IMG/VR virus record: IMGVR_UViG_3300044217_004639
Span: 1 to 25,274 of that record
Reading direction: 5' to 3' (one strand)
Source of the DNA: a virus
Lineage: Duplodnaviria > Caudoviricetes
DNA length: 25,274 bases
Positions within the stretch are counted from its first letter, which is position 1. Each line of letters starts with the position of its first letter. Shown here one piece after another: positions 24,069-25,274 of the stretch. The translations under genes and the position numbers were made by a program. Under the pieces are notes generated by a model, which did no database searches, was not told where the DNA came from, and saw nothing but the letters and a program-made list of their open reading frames with translations.

Positions 24069-25073
24069 TTATTTTGCTTGTCTTGATCTTATTAACTTCA
24101 AAATGTCTTCTGCTCTTTTAGCACTATCTGTGCTTGGTTGTACTGGAGCAGTAGTTTCTGCTGCTGGTTTTTCATTTTCATGTGAGTGCGGTTTGTCACC
24201 ATCTGCATGGCTATGTGTAGTGCCATCATCATGAGTATGCTCAACTGTTGCAGGCTTTTCTGTTTGTGGTAAACTTACTTGACTTGCTTGTACTCCAGCT
24301 GGTCTAAAGTATTGTCCATACTTCTCAAGATCATAAGCCTCTCCGTCTACAGATTTTTCAAATAACTCTTTGATTATTTTTACTTCTGCTTCTGTTGGCT
24401 CTTTTGGTCTAAAGTCACCAAGATTGTGTAAACCAAACTTGTCTACAGCACTTCGTTCTGCTTCGTCAAGTGCTCTTTCTCTTCTTGACCATTTTGATGT
24501 TGAGTAGTCAGCATATCCACCTTTTGTAGTTTTGTTAATTCTAAAATCAACACCTCTTACACTGTCAGTTGGCAATTCTTCCATTTCTGGATCAAGTAAT
24601 GCTGCTCTAATAATGTTAAAGATTTGAGGACCAATTATAAATCTTCTAATTGGATTCTCTGGTGTTGTGTCCTCACTCAAAGGATTTGTAACAACAAAAC
24701 CTTGGAAAATATAACTTTTCTTTTTCCAATATTTTCTTCCCATGTCTTCCATGCTTTTGTCTTTGAACCATGGTCTAACCTCAGTTAGTACTGGACATGT
24801 TTTTCCATACATTTCCATACAAGGAACTTGCACAGTAACTGGTCTTGAGTCAGTTTGACCTTTTATACCTGCAAATGGTAGTTTGATCATGTTTCTTTCA
24901 GTCCAGAAAAATGTGTTGTTTGTATCCTTATCTGGCAAAAATCTAACGACTGCTTCTGAGCCTTCAGATATATTCCAGTGTGGATAAATGGCGTTGTCTC
25001 CGCCTGTTGATGAAGTCGAGCGATTAACTTCTTGTGATTTTAACTTCGCTCTTATTTCAGCCAATGTAGCCAT
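24069..25073 (-). CDS. gp32-like single-stranded DNA-binding protein
   Basis: MATLAEIRAKL, VRFLPD, CPV, YWKKKSY, GVDFRINKT.KGGYADYSTSKW. Adjacent to uvsX/uvsY. AGGAGG SD at 25087-25082. Confidence 0.9.
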   Translation of the reverse strand: MATLAEIRAKLKSQEVNRSTSSTGGDNAIYPHWNISEGSEAVVRFLPDKDTNNTFFWTERNMIKLPFAGIKGQTDSRPVTVQVPCMEMYGKTCPVLTEVRPWFKDKSMEDMGRKYWKKKSYIFQGFVVTNPLSEDTTPENPIRRFIIGPQIFNIIRAALLDPEMEELPTDSVRGVDFRINKTTKGGYADYSTSKWSRRERALDEAERSAVDKFGLHNLGDFRPKEPTEAEVKIIKELFEKSVDGEAYDLEKYGQYFRPAGVQASQVSLPQTEKPATVEHTHDDGTTHSHADGDKPHSHENEKPAAETTAPVQPSTDSAKRAEDILKLIRSRQAK

Positions 25074-25081
25074 AATGTAAG

Positions 25082-25110
25082 CCTCCTATGTTGCCTATGT
25101 TTGTGCCTAA
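25082..25110 (-). repeat. short direct repeats in the SSB leader, merging into the SD
   Basis: Minus strand TAGGCACAAACATAGGCAACATAGGAGG: TAGG x3, AACATAGG x2, TAGGCA x2. Confidence 0.55.
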
Positions 25111-25129
25111 TATATTAAGCATTTGCTAT

Positions 25130-25158
25130 AATATACAACTATATTTATCTAAAGTCTA
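25130..25158 (-). promoter_or_regulatory. nested early- and late-type promoters for the SSB gene
   Basis: Minus strand TAGACT (25158-25153), 17 nt, TATATT (25135-25130), with GATAAATA (25149-25142) inside the spacer. Confidence 0.5.
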
Positions 25159-25164
25159 CTACTA

Positions 25165-25274
25165 TTATTGGTAAAATGAAAGTGATTTAATTCTGTCTAA
25201 TTCTGGATTAGATTCTTTCACTGGATTTTTAAGTTTGTCAAAATTCTTTGCTAGGTATTGCATTGCTTCTTTAG
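25165..25274 (-). CDS. 3' end of an upstream gene (possibly a head-internal/scaffold-type protein)
   Basis: Manual translation ...KEAMQYLAKNFDKLKNPVKESNPELDRIKSLSFYQ*. The ES..EL.RIK.L ending resembles C-termini of prohead-core-type proteins of large phages. The product call is weak. Confidence 0.5.
   Translation of the reverse strand, partial: KEAMQYLAKNFDKLKNPVKESNPELDRIKSLSFYQ

Noticed and set aside
1-25274. Stop-codon reassignment (TAG or TGA recoding seen in some large phages)
   Set aside because: Standard-code ORFs tile the window almost completely, and TAG and TGA end genes at positions that fit the next start.
1-25274. CRISPR array, tRNA, rRNA, IS element, intron or in-frame intein
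   Set aside because: Intergenic gaps are under ~100 nt, I saw no regularly spaced repeats or cloverleaf, there are no transposase or homing endonuclease motifs, and UvsW and UvsX are of normal length.
1-25274. Assigning a host or named phage genus
   Set aside because: Low GC and the gene set are compatible with several aquatic large-phage groups, and nothing in this window fixes the host.

Overview
AT-rich, densely coding segment of a large tailed dsDNA phage with T4-like (probably jumbo-phage-related) core genes, read in the standard genetic code. The left arm (1-6830, mostly minus strand) is a replication/repair block: the N-terminus of a primase-like gene, a probable virion protein, a ~200-aa protein made only of the DnaE (family C polymerase) catalytic motifs, a zinc-finger protein, a gp62-like clamp-loader subunit, a possible Hint-fold protein, a UvsW-like helicase and a partner with a HARP-like motif. 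The middle (7330-21664) is a ~14 kb glycan synthesis/modification island of 17 genes: four KpsS/KpsC-like paralogues, GT-A, GT8-like, GT2-like and GT61 transferases, a MAF/DUF115-like protein, AsnB, two FkbM methyltransferases, two SGNH proteins, 2OG-Fe(II) oxygenase(s) and an NDP-sugar epimerase. The right arm holds a HAD nucleotidase, UvsY, UvsX and a gp32-like SSB with a His-rich insert. Both sigma70-type and T4-late-type (TAAATA) promoter motifs occur, many only 4-7 nt from start codons, which suggests leaderless mRNAs. I saw no tRNA, rRNA, CRISPR array or transposon. All family calls come from motifs recognised by eye, not from database searches.
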